64,000 nt of DNA from Ptychomitrium polyphyllum (taxonomy: Eukaryota): assembly GCA_973851085.1 (NCBI GenBank), contig OZ316776.1:11594001-11658000 (forward strand), written 5' to 3'. Shown here one piece after another: positions 1-18,600 of the stretch; position 1 is the first letter of the stretch; each line of letters opens with the position of its first letter. Position numbers and translations under genes: made by a program. The notes under the pieces are model-generated. The model had not been told where the DNA came from, did no database searches, and was given only the letters and a program-made list of their open reading frames with translations.

Positions 1-1009
1 GTTAACAAAGCTTCCTTGATTTGGCATTGAATTGCCAATTTGGATCTTATAAGTGTAATTTTAAAAAGAAAAAACTTGTGCAGGGTTTGATTGGGGATGG
101 TGGTATAATTATTTGATAAAGTCTTAGATTTCTCTATACAAATGAACTTTTTTGATTCTCCTTTTGTCAAATCTTTAATAATTTGAATTGCATGTTGTGA
201 TTTTCTTTGTTGTTTCTTGAAGATGTGTTTGTCATACATTCTTATTTGAATTTGTTTGTTACAAGCTAAAGAAAAGTTATGCTATTCAATCTTTTGTATG
301 TGGCAAAGTTTATTTACATAATAATGTGGATTGAGGGTCAATTATAAATTAATTCGTGTTAAACAGGTCTACCTTTGTGTTCTTTATGTCATCACTAATA
401 CAATTCAATCTTCCTTATTTCCATCATAAATGTTCCTAAGATAGGGATCCTGGTTACAAATCACAAGAAATACATCACTTGAGAAGTTTAAAATTTCAAT
501 AAACGAAATGGTGCATGAATTGTATACAAAATTAAAAATTTAAGATTACACTTCAAATGTGAACCACAAAATTATATGGCTTCTTGTATTTAATCTTGTA
601 ATTATGAATGAACTCTTTTGGTTAAAGATAACAATACTGTGTGCCAGATGTTTTTTTTGAAAGTGTTTAGATTGAACCTATAATCAAGTTTATAATCAAG
701 TATGTTTATGATCTAAACGGCTTTTAAATATAAAATCAATGGATCGTATTTAAAAATTTAAGGATACAAATTTTAATATTTATCAAAAGTCGACATTTCA
801 AAAGGTAAGAAATCCTTTCACAAATGGTCAAATTTGAAGGTTCAACTGTTCAATACCAAAAAAGGGATATGAAGTGAAATAATTATATATATAATGCCGT
901 CCCCCTATTCAAATACATTGAAATCTTGACAAAGAAAAACGATAAGGAATTATTATAATTTATGTCCTTAGTTTTTCCTATTACCTTAAATAAGATGATG
1001 AACATACCA

Positions 1010-1013
<4 letters not shown>

Positions 1014-1050
<37 letters not shown>

Positions 1051-1054
1051 TATA
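1014..1054. repeat. (TA)n microsatellite
   Basis: Near-perfect TA dinucleotide run, about 75 bp outside the left arm of the inverted duplication. Confidence 0.95.
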
Positions 1055-2409
1055 CAAATAAAATACATATATACATATAAACATTTAATATCAATATGTG
1101 CTGATTAGAAAATTTCTTTGTTCCACAAAGAATTGTGTTTGCGTCAGCTTTGTCATCTTCCTCAAAACATCAAACTCAAAGCTCAAAACTAAGAGCATCA
1201 GACTCAAAGCTCAAAATGAAATTGCATACTGAAATTGGAACAGGAATGGCATCCCGGAGGCTATGCATCTCTGCTTTGACTTCCCTCTCACACTACCCAC
1301 GCTTCTTAAAACTTTGTCACAACCGTGTGAAAATGTGATGCAACACTCTTCTCCACCATGTGAGATTAACTAATTATATGCAAATCTTGGGTGCATAATA
1401 TGATAATGGTTAAAACTGATGCGGTCATGGTTTCATGGTTAGAAGTACTAAGATCCCGTGTTTCTTTTCCTTTTCACTTTTTATGTTTTCAATAAATAGG
1501 TTCTGGAACGCCAAGCAAATGCACCAAGTTTTAAACCTCCATGTTTCCTTTGTTCTTCACAAGTCCTCTCAAAATGATCCTAAACTTTATAGTACATTTT
1601 TCTTGCATTTCCACTTGGTTTTATTGCATTTATTTTTGTCTTTCTATTTTGTATATTATTGAATCTCAAGTACCTATGCTTGTGGTTAAGGATACATTTG
1701 TTTGTATTGGCTCTCAATAAGAACTTTGGCACACTATATTCTTTCATTAGATGATCTTGCACCACTCTTGTATCTTATAGAAAACGTCTTGTAAAGTTTA
1801 GCACTTAGAAAAAAAGGTCAAACATTGTCTACTACTCTTGATTATGAGGAGAATCATCAAACCAAAAATGCATTGTCTTCTTTTCTAAGCTGAGAGAGGC
1901 GAGCATGCAATCTGGGCAATTGACTCTCAATGGAGACCAAGGCATCCTTCTTTGCAACTTGTAGAAAAAATCAAAGCAGCGTGTTTCAACTTGGAAACTT
2001 GTCTATTTAAAGAATGCTACTAAACTTTAGGAAAAGTGAGGAAGGAATGTCCATACCTGATTCTTGCGATTGGACTGAATAAGGTGCCACACAAACTTGG
2101 GCATGATAAAAATAATTCTAACATTTGATTCCACCACATATCCAAAAAGCTAACAATGAAGTAGAAACGGCCCTAATTTGGCACAATTTGTGATTGAGAA
2201 TATTGCAAACATCATCATCTTGGCCCCACAATAAATTGAATAATAGTGAACTGGAGAACCAAAGATGAAGATTCCAACTGGCATAACTATGTGGAAATCA
2301 GGTATTTCCTTCCTTTTCAAAAAATCCCTTCATTCCATTTCCATTAATATATAGTTCTTAGATTTTTAGAAGAGCTAAACATTTAAAATGCATGGATAAA
2401 CATGGAGAG

Positions 2410-2800
2410 AATACATATGACATCACAATGACATCGAAATAATACCACAAATAATTTTGATGCTATATTAATATCATTTGTCACCATAATGACACATTTT
2501 AAAATGATTTGAAAATCATATGAAGCAATATGAGTTGAGATGGTGTCAAACCCATTTGAAAATGATAAACGTCATTATACTATTACTAATGACTCCAAAA
2601 TCACGTCTAAAGCATGTAAAAGATAATTTTTAGGTCATATAAACTATGCCATTTCAATGTCCCATTGACAACAATTTAAACAAATATTGATTGAAGACAA
2701 TTTATAAACATCTAAACCATTGTCATCACCATCAAATTCTACTATATTGCTCATGATAAATTAACCCATATTAATTTCATCCCTAAATGACATCAAACTC
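2410..2800. repeat. Degenerate ATGACA(T/C)C / GTCAT-rich repeat tract, possible non-autonomous TE remnant (mirror copy ~19119-19509)
   Basis: Many ATGACATC/TGTCAT motifs. Shares words such as AAAATGATTT, ATTAATATCATTT and ATTTCAATGTC with 56040-56390. Confidence 0.45.
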
Positions 2801-5800
2801 ATGCAAATACTAACATTTTATAAGAGTAATATCATACTCCTAATGCCCAATTGGCAAAGATTTTTCTTTGAAATATGTCACAAAGTTCTACAAACAAAAA
2901 AACAAACTAAGGCCATAATTAAAAAAATGCTAAGTCTAGTTTCCTCTATGCAATTAACAAAAGTGATTTCCAATATAATTACATTCAGAATTGTCGACAT
3001 TTCCAATAAAGCTAGATCGAAAATTACTAAGTTCCAACATTATACATAACATCTAAAGACCACTTTTGCATCCTCAACAAACGTACTAATCTCAACTGAT
3101 GCAATACATAAGTGAAGTTTCAAATATTCAATGTATTTGATGTAGTCATAATACAAATCTTATATTAAAAGCAGCTTTGAAATTCACAATAATACAAATC
3201 ATACAGATAAATGCCATCACTGTAAACATCATCCTACACTTCTAGATCTTTTTGCGCACCATGTAAACTTCCACTTCAGAAGCTAAACACTCCTACAAAT
3301 ACCAGGCGAAATTAATAAACTTCACATAAATAGTAAACTCCATCAAAATTTACACCCAGATTTTAGCAAAATTCCATAATAATGAATGATCAAAACAACT
3401 CAGAATTAAAGATGGATGTAACGAAATTTTATTGATCATACCTCGTAAGCTTATATCATGTCCACACAACTCGTTCTATAACCAAAGCTTATTCTATAAC
3501 CAAAGCTGGTTCTAAAAATAATGAATAGCAGCATAATACTATGAATGAAACAAGAAGTTTTGCAATCAAAATCTCAAAAAATTCTCCATAGGTACAAGGT
3601 AAAACCGACATCGCAATACCCACACAAAAAAAGCATAACAAAAACTGTTGCTCACCAGCACATCAGATCACAACACATTTGACGAAAAACGTACCATCAT
3701 TTCTCACCAAACTATAGACAGCGCTAGACTCCAAACTTAACGTGAGGAAAATCACATAAAAATTCTCCATATCACTGGTACTTTGCGAACCTGATGGGAG
3801 CATTCCAGTGTTTAATCATTCCTGACCACACTATCCCTCGTCCAACTCTGCACCTAATGCACACAGGTTCACGCTCACCATTTCGATCTGCTATTGTTGT
3901 CCTCGCATCTGGTATTGGAACTGTGGAGACCCAGGTTCTCCAAAGGAATAATATCCGATTAAGACATGGTTTGGCAAGAAAATTGGCAATCGATCTCTTG
4001 GTGGTGGTAAAACAACGAGCATGGCATCCAACCGAAGATGTCAATCGAGAATTTCAAGAGTAGCCAGCACGATCAATGCTCAAAGAAACTGCAGTCATGC
4101 ACTTTCTAGACGGGTGAGCATGCAAAGGGCTCGCTGTTGGAATATGAACACACAATTTGAGGTACCCGTTCATACCACATGCACAAGAGAAGCAGATCAA
4201 CCATTCCGAGCACTGGGCTTGCAGCACAAATGGTAGACATAACCTTCTATAGCATCACTAAGTTTAGCTTCCATAACTTGTGATTAGACACCAGCATACT
4301 CTAGCATCCAAAACTAAGGGCAAAATGGGTCTAAATTTGGTGAAATACGAGAGGTGGTGACTGCGATAGCACCTAAGTCGCACACCAGTAGGCCAACCAA
4401 CATGCCAAACATGTGGCCTCTCCAGTTACTGTACGTCGTAAACCACATCCACTGCAGCATTACGAACCGAGTGCAAACCAACTGCGTCCGATAGCATAGA
4501 GTGTGCAGACAGTATAGAACAATATTGCTTCCATTAAACATCTAAACTAGTTGATTTGGTATCCACACTATTACACAGGCTAATAGATGGTCGCTACTGC
4601 ACATGCTACTCAAGTAAGATTTCACTCAGTTTCACCATAGCCACCAGTACTCGTATGGTAAAACATCCATTTGCGAAACGATAGGTAAGCTGATTCAAGC
4701 AACCCTACAAACGCTTGTTAATGTAACCATACCAAGGTAGAGAGATAACCTCTTGTTCCAAATGACAAAAGCAATGGAAAGAACAATGCGAAAAACTCAA
4801 CATCTCTTAACGGAATGTTGCTAGGTGCCGAAAGGAGAGCAACAATCACCACACCAGTCGTGTCCTACTTGGGCAAATAAAAGGCTCGAGTGCTTACAGC
4901 ACCGCATCGCCGATCACATCATGTGAGATGCACCCTAGGACGATGCAAACTATTACGAACATTACTAACCGGACGCAATGCAAAAACAACATGGAGCAGA
5001 AACGTCCCTACCGTACACGGAGCGCTAGAGGGTAAAATCCCACTTCCTCACCAGGAAGAGCATAGCACCACACCACTAAAACAATGAATTCGTAGTTGCG
5101 TAGATCAGAAACAGGCGTTCACAAGTATCACAGGAAGCTGAGTACCTCCTCCCATGTAACCACGTCTACACAACCTTCCAACAGGAATTCAAGAGAAACG
5201 AAACACACTGGTATCACCACCATCCGGCGAAACTTCACACACGGAAGGAGACACCCGACAACTCTTGGTTCAAGACCAGCGGTTTGGGGTAGAACGTGTG
5301 CTCTCTTGGGGAAGCGCAGCTTCATCACCCGAGTGTCGAGTGTTTTAAGGATTTTGAACGGTTCTGCCTTCGCAGTCCTTTGCACCGACTGCATGGTTCA
5401 ATCTCCGCGATTGGCTGTCCATTCACCCTCCGTCATTTGCATTCGACTCAAACCGACACAACTCGGGAGGTGGCTTGAAATCCACACTTGAAGCGGACGC
5501 TATAATACGCTACTACACCTGCAATTAAAAGCTCGGTAAAAGAGCTACGAATTCGTGCTGGACTCATGCACAGAATCAGCGCTTCCGACTGTTCTCTCCG
5601 CTTCCATTCTCTGTGACAGGAATGCTGGAGCGTAGAACAACCCATCTGCAATACGGAATTAAAATTGGATGTGCACCGGCATCCGCCGTACTGCATGACA
5701 TTATCCGACCAGTCGTTGCCTACAGCATAAGACGCGAGTTACACTCTGAACGCAAATCACAGCTTTCAATCAAACAATGCGGGCTCATACCGCTGAAACG

Positions 5801-6317
5801 CTGTGAAAAGTAAACAAACACCGACGGCCTGGACGAAACTACAGCATATCACACGCATTTGCCAACCAAAAACCAAGCACCACCACCACCAGAAACCCCA
5901 AAACCAAACGAAACATACAACGCGGTACAAGAAACACATACCCCACACTACACGATCACATCTGACCACTGTACAAAACTCCACATCCCATGTCAAGCAG
6001 GCTCCCCTCCCCCCCAACTCACACGGCAATCCGACAGTCCACAGGGACGACAACAAAACATCCACACTGTCCGGGGCCCTCGCCCGTCGCCCGACGTACA
6101 GCATGAGTCAATTCAATTCCAGATTCGCATCATGGACCTTCCGTATATATGATATTGTGGTTTTAAAAAAAATGTCATCCTTGCCGAACCCCCAATCGGT
6201 CACGGCAAGTGAGATGCTCTCAGAAACAAACAATAAAAAGTGTACCGCGGCCTACGCACATCCCCACCCAGTAAAACCCCTAGTCGTCCCAACCAAACAC
6301 GCACGCACCCCGACCGC

Positions 6318-8261
<1,944 letters not shown>

Positions 8262-11200
8262 GGTCGGCTGGTAGCGGGACGGGTGCGAGCGCCAAGCAGC
8301 AGACTACACTGCCCTTCCCCACTCCCTCTCCACGGAGAGCACACGGAGAAAGGAAAGAGAGCGAGCTGCAGCTACCGCAGCCCCGAAATGCAGAGCCGGG
8401 GGATGGAAGGATCAGGGAGCGCACAGAGGAAACAGAAACCCTGGCGCTCTTCTTTATGCCTCGCGACTCGCGGCCTGCGACCTCAGGTGGTTCCCCCAGA
8501 GCCCTAGATCTTTTCACACCCGCGCTGGTCGACGGCCCACGATCCGCATTCACACGGCCGCCTGGGCCCCCCGGGCAGCCGCGCACGTTCTCGCGCGGCA
8601 TCTGAGTGGCACATTTTGCCTCACGATTCCTCTAATCTCCCACTTCCCCGCTGCGTCCCGGCTTCCCAGACCTCAAGCTTGCTTTGCTTCCGACTATCAT
8701 CCCGCACTGGCCTCGGGCCCCCGGCACTGAATCAACAATTGCTTTGCCAGATCGGATTCTCGGCCTCGCCATCCACTCACGCCGGTCCACGACGCCTTTT
8801 CAGGTACCTGCGATTCCACCCTGCCATTCTCGGAATGGCAACGCGCCCCGCCTGGGCCTGTCGTTCCCGATAGTGCACCAGGAGGACAGTCGCGTGGGCC
8901 CCACTCTCTGCCGAAGCAGCCTATTTCCCAAGCTGGAGTCCTGGGAGGCCATTATTGTCTGCCACTCTGTTATGTCTCACTGTCATCATAATTTGATAGA
9001 TTTCAGAGGGCTCCTGTCTTTTCTGGCACGGGTTTGTGACTCAGTTTTATCTGTATTCAATGAGGAGTAGTGCCTGCTTCATTCAATTGAAATGGAGAAG
9101 TCATTTTTCCCCTTTGTGTTCTGACGTGGTGTCGCTCTTCAAACTTTGTCTTTTTTCTGTGAGTTCTTACGTGAATTAGTTGTCAACTGATCTCACTTTA
9201 TGCACCTCACAATTATAACTTATTGTAGTTTTTTTTCATCTATGTAATAGGGAATATGTGAATTTTATGTGCGGGTACATTTATTCATTATCAATTACCT
9301 TATGAGAACTTCTAAGTTCTTCATTTGATAAACATCATTTAGGATTTAGGCGTTGGTTAGGATTTGAGAGTGGGAGTGTTGGCTGCCATCAACAAGGTTA
9401 GTATTGCATTTTCTAATATATGAAGTTGTTATATGTATTATTTTATGACTATTGTATTGTATTCTTTACTAAAGTTGGTTAATATTCAAAAATTCCATCA
9501 ATACAAGACCATATGTTGTAAATGTTACATAGTAAAACTTGCATTGTTCTAATTGTATGATAATTTTGCTAGTACCCAAAGATTCATATTAGAATAGAAC
9601 AGTGTTAAAGTTTTTCTTGATTGATTGAATTAAAAAACATGCTACCATGGCTAGTGTTTTCTTTTTATTGTTTTATTCATTTGGGTCTAACTGGCTTTTT
9701 TAGTTTTTTCTTAAATTATAGTTTCAATTTAGTTCTTTTATTTTAGTTTTCATTTTTACACATATGAGAATTGATAAGAATAATAATACAAAAAGTAAAT
9801 TTTATGTTTAACTTATATGTAGTGCTATTGGAATCTACTTTTGCATATTTTACTTTGACAAAATTTCATCATTAATAATTGTCAATATGATTGTTTGGGA
9901 TTTGTGTAAAAGCTAGATAAAATATATTGACTAGATTTTTTTTTGACATTAAAAGATTTGGTATATGAATTAATCAACATTTATTTTCAATAATTAATAA
10001 GTATGCATATAACTAATTAAAAGTTGCATATATTATTTGATTAATAAATGCAACAATATAATTTATGATTAACTTGTGGCAATTACAGGCATACATTTTA
10101 TTTTGTTTCATTGTTAGTAAATATTGGTAAAATTGTTCATTTTGAACTTTACAAAATTATTTTAATTTAATAGAATTACAAAAATTAAACTTAATATTAG
10201 TGTTATTGGTTATAAAATATGTTTATACAAAGAAGTGCAAATGAGATATTAGAAAAAAAAAATTTAATGAGAATTCAACAGTATTTTATGCTTTTGAGTG
10301 TCTAATATAATATATATGGTGTATCAACTTTTTTTTTTATTACTTGCAATATAAATCATAGTTTTAAAATATTTTACAACATCACACCTATGTGTATGAA
10401 CACTTTAAGAGCATATTTTAAATTTACATAGTTCTTTATAGAAAAAATTAGCAAGGAATTAAATTTTGTCATATAAATTTTCATTGAAAAAAATTTTCTA
10501 TGTTCATATTTCACTTTAAATTAGATTTCTTACAATTTAGCATGTTGTGTTGTTCATAATAAAAGTAAAGATTATATTTCAAATAAAAACAAGTTATCTT
10601 GTCTATTGATTTAATAATATCTCTACAATAGAAGTTCAAGCAAGTTTTGGTATGACTGAAAAATACAAATTCATATGTTTATTATAACTAACTTAGTTTC
10701 TCTGATTCCATTTTTATTATCAATAAATAATTTGGATTTATTAAATTGATATATAAATCATTGCTTGATTTTGAAAATTTTATTGGAATGACTCATCCAT
10801 ATATTATTTGAAATTTAACAACTATTCAACCTTTGTAAATTTACTAAGTTTTCAAATGATAATTATTGTTAAAAGTATTCTTTTGCATTATTTTTGATAA
10901 AAAATCATTATTTTCTAAATCAAGTGGTTTATATAAAGAAATTGAATTATACTATTGTTTAATATATTGTATATGGAATATAAAATAAATTGCGTTCTTA
11001 AATACATAATATTTATTATGTGCAAGAAATGAAAAATTTGATTATTTTTTACTAATTATCTATAATACTTTTTCATTATGCAGCTAAAAAATTTGTTTTT
11101 CCGTACATTTAATCTAATTATAAAAATAATATTAATCTAAAGTTAAAGCTAAATTTAAAGGCCCACAAAATTTTTGATTGCATCTAATATCTTTTATTAT

Positions 11201-12781
11201 TTATTACTACATTTTTGTATTTATCAACAAAGTTGAGTTGTTCATTTTTAACCATTGAACAATGCTTTTACTTTATATAGTTGCATTTTATTCAAATAAG
11301 CAAATATTTAAATACTCATAATTAATATTTAATCTCATTTCATTATATACAAGGTTTTTGTTCATGTGGTGAATATGGTTTATAGTGACTAAGTCTTATT
11401 CAGTTAATTTCCAATCTATTGTTACTTATTCAAACATCTTAAAATTGTTTGTATGCTAAATAAGGTTATTGAACTTCTTCCAAAGAACATAGTCATCTAA
11501 CTAAGGAAAATTCCAATTAATCAACCTTGCTTTGTGGACTTATAATAAATTGACTATCATTAGAAAAGAGGCCATTCAAATTCCATAAGAAAAACTCCTA
11601 TTCACTTGCATCACCTTTAAGACCATAACATGATGATAAAGAAAAATTACATTAGACCAAATTGAACAGATTATTGTTTCTAAATTGAACTTAACCTAGC
11701 TATTACAATTTTATAAAAAGAATTATACAGTATAGCCTCCACACTTTGTAACATCACATTCTTGGTAACCCACCAAAAGCTTAAAATTGTTAAAACATGC
11801 ACATTTGGTCACACAACCCCATCAACTGAATATGAATGATGAAGCTACATATAGTAAATATGCAAAAACTGCAAGTATAAGTATCTAGAAGAATCGTAAC
11901 ATCTTTAAAGATATAAGAAACTAGCACGTAAGGTTGCTTCAAATTCCGCTTCCCTACAGAATAGTCCCCTCCGTATTTCTATAATACTATGACCAAGAAC
12001 TTACCGAAAGTGCATCTTCGGCAGACAGGAGAAACATGCAACATGCGATAATGTACTTGCTCGTCAGTCCATAACAATGTCCTCGAGAAAGTCAGCATGC
12101 AGACACTATGACAATCTTGCTGACAAATTACAATCTGGTCAACCCCTTCAACGTTCCAACCAAATGTGCTTCAAAGTGCGAATCTACCTCATCATACGTT
12201 AGCACATGATCCTATAGCTCGTAAATTAAGGCAAGTTGACCATCGAAGACTCCTGACAGGACACCTAAAGTCCCTATGGTTCTCAAACACCACAACACTA
12301 AACAACGAAAAAAAGTAGTCAACAAACATTCCAGCCTCCAATTCCGTTAGTTCAAACAACCTACCCTGCAATCGCGTCTCCAAACATAATCACAAAGTAC
12401 AAGAATGGTCCATACCCGGTAATAAGTACGCCACGAGTGTCAGAAACATTAGCTTCATCTCGAATCTACGTTTTAAAAAACGATGCTGTGCACCTGCATT
12501 GTGAGGTGCATAAAGTGAGATCAGTTGACAACTAATTCACGTAAGAACTCACAGAAAAAAGACAAAGTTTGAAGAGCGACACCACGTCAGAACACAAAGG
12601 GGAAAAATGACTTCTCCATTTCAATTGAATGAAGCAGGCACTACTCCTCATTGAATACAGATAAAACTGAGTCACAAACCCGTGCCAGAAAAGACAGGAG
12701 CCCTCTGAAATCTATCAAATTATGATGACAGTGAGACATAACAGAGTGGCAGACAATAATGGCCTCCCAGGACTCCAGCTT

Positions 12782-12881
12782 NNNNNNNNNNNNNNNNNNN
12801 NNNNNNNNNNNNNNNNNNNNNNNNNNNNNNNNNNNNNNNNNNNNNNNNNNNNNNNNNNNNNNNNNNNNNNNNNNNNNNNNN
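12782..12881. other. Assembly gap (100 N) with duplicated flanks
   Basis: 12674-12781 is repeated exactly at 12882-12989. The left arm shows the region only once (8930-9037), so the true gap is negative (overlapping contigs). Confidence 0.95.
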
Positions 12882-13657
12882 ACAAACCCGTGCCAGAAAA
12901 GACAGGAGCCCTCTGAAATCTATCAAATTATGATGACAGTGAGACATAACAGAGTGGCAGACAATAATGGCCTCCCAGGACTCCAGCTTGGGAAATAGGC
13001 TGCTTCGGCAGAGAGTGGGGCCCACGCGACTGTCCTCCTGGTGCACTATCGGGAACGACAGGCCCAGGCGGGGCGCGTTGCCATTCCGAGAATGGCAGGG
13101 TGGAATCGCAGGTACCTGAAAAGGCGTCGTGGACCGGCGTGAGTGGATGGCGAGGCCGAGAATCCGATCTGGCAAAGCAATTGTTGATTCAGTGCCGGGG
13201 GCCCGAGGCCAGTGCGGGATGATAGTCGGAAGCAAAGCAAGCTTGAGGTCTGGGAAGCCGGGACGCAGCGGGGAAGTGGGAGATTAGAGGAATCGTGAGG
13301 CAAAATGTGCCACTCAGATGCCGCGCGAGAACGTGCGCGGCTGCCCGGGGGGCCCAGGCGGCCGTGTGAATGCGGATCGTGGGCCGTCGACCAGCGCGGG
13401 TGTGAAAAGATCTAGGGCTCTGGGGGAACCACCTGAGGTCGCAGGCCGCGAGTCGCGAGGCATAAAGAAGAGCGCCAGGGTTTCTGTTTCCTCTGTGCGC
13501 TCCCTGATCCTTCCATCCCCCGGCTCTGCATTTCGGGGCTGCGGTAGCTGCAGCTCGCTCTCTTTCCTTTCTCCGTGTGCTCTCCGTGGAGAGGGAGTGG
13601 GGAAGGGCAGTGTAGTCTGCTGCTTGGCGCTCGCACCCGTCCCGCTACCAGCCGACC

Positions 13658-15601
<1,944 letters not shown>

Positions 15602-18600
15602 GCGGTCGGGGTGCGTGCGTGTTTGGTTGGGACGACTAGGGGTTTTACTGGGTGGGGATGTGCGTAGGCCGCGGTACACTTTTTATTGTTTGTTTCTGAG
15701 AGCATCTCACTTGCCGTGACCGATTGGGGGTTCGGCAAGGATGACATTTTTTTTAAAACCACAATATCATATATACGGAAGGTCCATGATGCGAATCTGG
15801 AATTGAATTGACTCATGCTGTACGTCGGGCGACGGGCGAGGGCCCCGGACAGTGTGGATGTTTTGTTGTCGTCCCTGTGGACTGTCGGATTGCCGTGTGA
15901 GTTGGGGGGGAGGGGAGCCTGCTTGACATGGGATGTGGAGTTTTGTACAGTGGTCAGATGTGATCGTGTAGTGTGGGGTATGTGTTTCTTGTACCGCGTT
16001 GTATGTTTCGTTTGGTTTTGGGGTTTCTGGTGGTGGTGGTGCTTGGTTTTTGGTTGGCAAATGCGTGTGATATGCTGTAGTTTCGTCCAGGCCGTCGGTG
16101 TTTGTTTACTTTTCACAGCGTTTCAGCGGTATGAGCCCGCATTGTTTGATTGAAAGCTGTGATTTGCGTTCAGAGTGTAACTCGCGTCTTATGCTGTAGG
16201 CAACGACTGGTCGGATAATGTCATGCAGTACGGCGGATGCCGGTGCACATCCAATTTTAATTCCGTATTGCAGATGGGTTGTTCTACGCTCCAGCATTCC
16301 TGTCACAGAGAATGGAAGCGGAGAGAACAGTCGGAAGCGCTGATTCTGTGCATGAGTCCAGCACGAATTCGTAGCTCTTTTACCGAGCTTTTAATTGCAG
16401 GTGTAGTAGCGTATTATAGCGTCCGCTTCAAGTGTGGATTTCAAGCCACCTCCCGAGTTGTGTCGGTTTGAGTCGAATGCAAATGACGGAGGGTGAATGG
16501 ACAGCCAATCGCGGAGATTGAACCATGCAGTCGGTGCAAAGGACTGCGAAGGCAGAACCGTTCAAAATCCTTAAAACACTCGACACTCGGGTGATGAAGC
16601 TGCGCTTCCCCAAGAGAGCACACGTTCTACCCCAAACCGCTGGTCTTGAACCAAGAGTTGTCGGGTGTCTCCTTCCGTGTGTGAAGTTTCGCCGGATGGT
16701 GGTGATACCAGTGTGTTTCGTTTCTCTTGAATTCCTGTTGGAAGGTTGTGTAGACGTGGTTACATGGGAGGAGGTACTCAGCTTCCTGTGATACTTGTGA
16801 ACGCCTGTTTCTGATCTACGCAACTACGAATTCATTGTTTTAGTGGTGTGGTGCTATGCTCTTCCTGGTGAGGAAGTGGGATTTTACCCTCTAGCGCTCC
16901 GTGTACGGTAGGGACGTTTCTGCTCCATGTTGTTTTTGCATTGCGTCCGGTTAGTAATGTTCGTAATAGTTTGCATCGTCCTAGGGTGCATCTCACATGA
17001 TGTGATCGGCGATGCGGTGCTGTAAGCACTCGAGCCTTTTATTTGCCCAAGTAGGACACGACTGGTGTGGTGATTGTTGCTCTCCTTTCGGCACCTAGCA
17101 ACATTCCGTTAAGAGATGTTGAGTTTTTCGCATTGTTCTTTCCATTGCTTTTGTCATTTGGAACAAGAGGTTATCTCTCTACCTTGGTATGGTTACATTA
17201 ACAAGCGTTTGTAGGGTTGCTTGAATCAGCTTACCTATCGTTTCGCAAATGGATGTTTTACCATACGAGTACTGGTGGCTATGGTGAAACTGAGTGAAAT
17301 CTTACTTGAGTAGCATGTGCAGTAGCGACCATCTATTAGCCTGTGTAATAGTGTGGATACCAAATCAACTAGTTTAGATGTTTAATGGAAGCAATATTGT
17401 TCTATACTGTCTGCACACTCTATGCTATCGGACGCAGTTGGTTTGCACTCGGTTCGTAATGCTGCAGTGGATGTGGTTTACGACGTACAGTAACTGGAGA
17501 GGCCACATGTTTGGCATGTTGGTTGGCCTACTGGTGTGCGACTTAGGTGCTATCGCAGTCACCACCTCTCGTATTTCACCAAATTTAGACCCATTTTGCC
17601 CTTAGTTTTGGATGCTAGAGTATGCTGGTGTCTAATCACAAGTTATGGAAGCTAAACTTAGTGATGCTATAGAAGGTTATGTCTACCATTTGTGCTGCAA
17701 GCCCAGTGCTCGGAATGGTTGATCTGCTTCTCTTGTGCATGTGGTATGAACGGGTACCTCAAATTGTGTGTTCATATTCCAACAGCGAGCCCTTTGCATG
17801 CTCACCCGTCTAGAAAGTGCATGACTGCAGTTTCTTTGAGCATTGATCGTGCTGGCTACTCTTGAAATTCTCGATTGACATCTTCGGTTGGATGCCATGC
17901 TCGTTGTTTTACCACCACCAAGAGATCGATTGCCAATTTTCTTGCCAAACCATGTCTTAATCGGATATTATTCCTTTGGAGAACCTGGGTCTCCACAGTT
18001 CCAATACCAGATGCGAGGACAACAATAGCAGATCGAAATGGTGAGCGTGAACCTGTGTGCATTAGGTGCAGAGTTGGACGAGGGATAGTGTGGTCAGGAA
18101 TGATTAAACACTGGAATGCTCCCATCAGGTTCGCAAAGTACCAGTGATATGGAGAATTTTTATGTGATTTTCCTCACGTTAAGTTTGGAGTCTAGCGCTG
18201 TCTATAGTTTGGTGAGAAATGATGGTACGTTTTTCGTCAAATGTGTTGTGATCTGATGTGCTGGTGAGCAACAGTTTTTGTTATGCTTTTTTTGTGTGGG
18301 TATTGCGATGTCGGTTTTACCTTGTACCTATGGAGAATTTTTTGAGATTTTGATTGCAAAACTTCTTGTTTCATTCATAGTATTATGCTGCTATTCATTA
18401 TTTTTAGAACCAGCTTTGGTTATAGAATAAGCTTTGGTTATAGAACGAGTTGTGTGGACATGATATAAGCTTACGAGGTATGATCAATAAAATTTCGTTA
18501 CATCCATCTTTAATTCTGAGTTGTTTTGATCATTCATTATTATGGAATTTTGCTAAAATCTGGGTGTAAATTTTGATGGAGTTTACTATTTATGTGAAGT

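Noticed and set aside
3772..6200. Moderately GC-rich tract with many short ORFs downstream of SAHH (mirror ~15720-18150)
   Set aside because: I could not recognise a protein, transposase, RT or ncRNA motif, or a consistent exon chain; left unassigned.
12483..12494. 11-nt match to the miR898-like 5' region beside the inner IR junction
   Set aside because: No 3' pairing and an intergenic position; compatible with chance.
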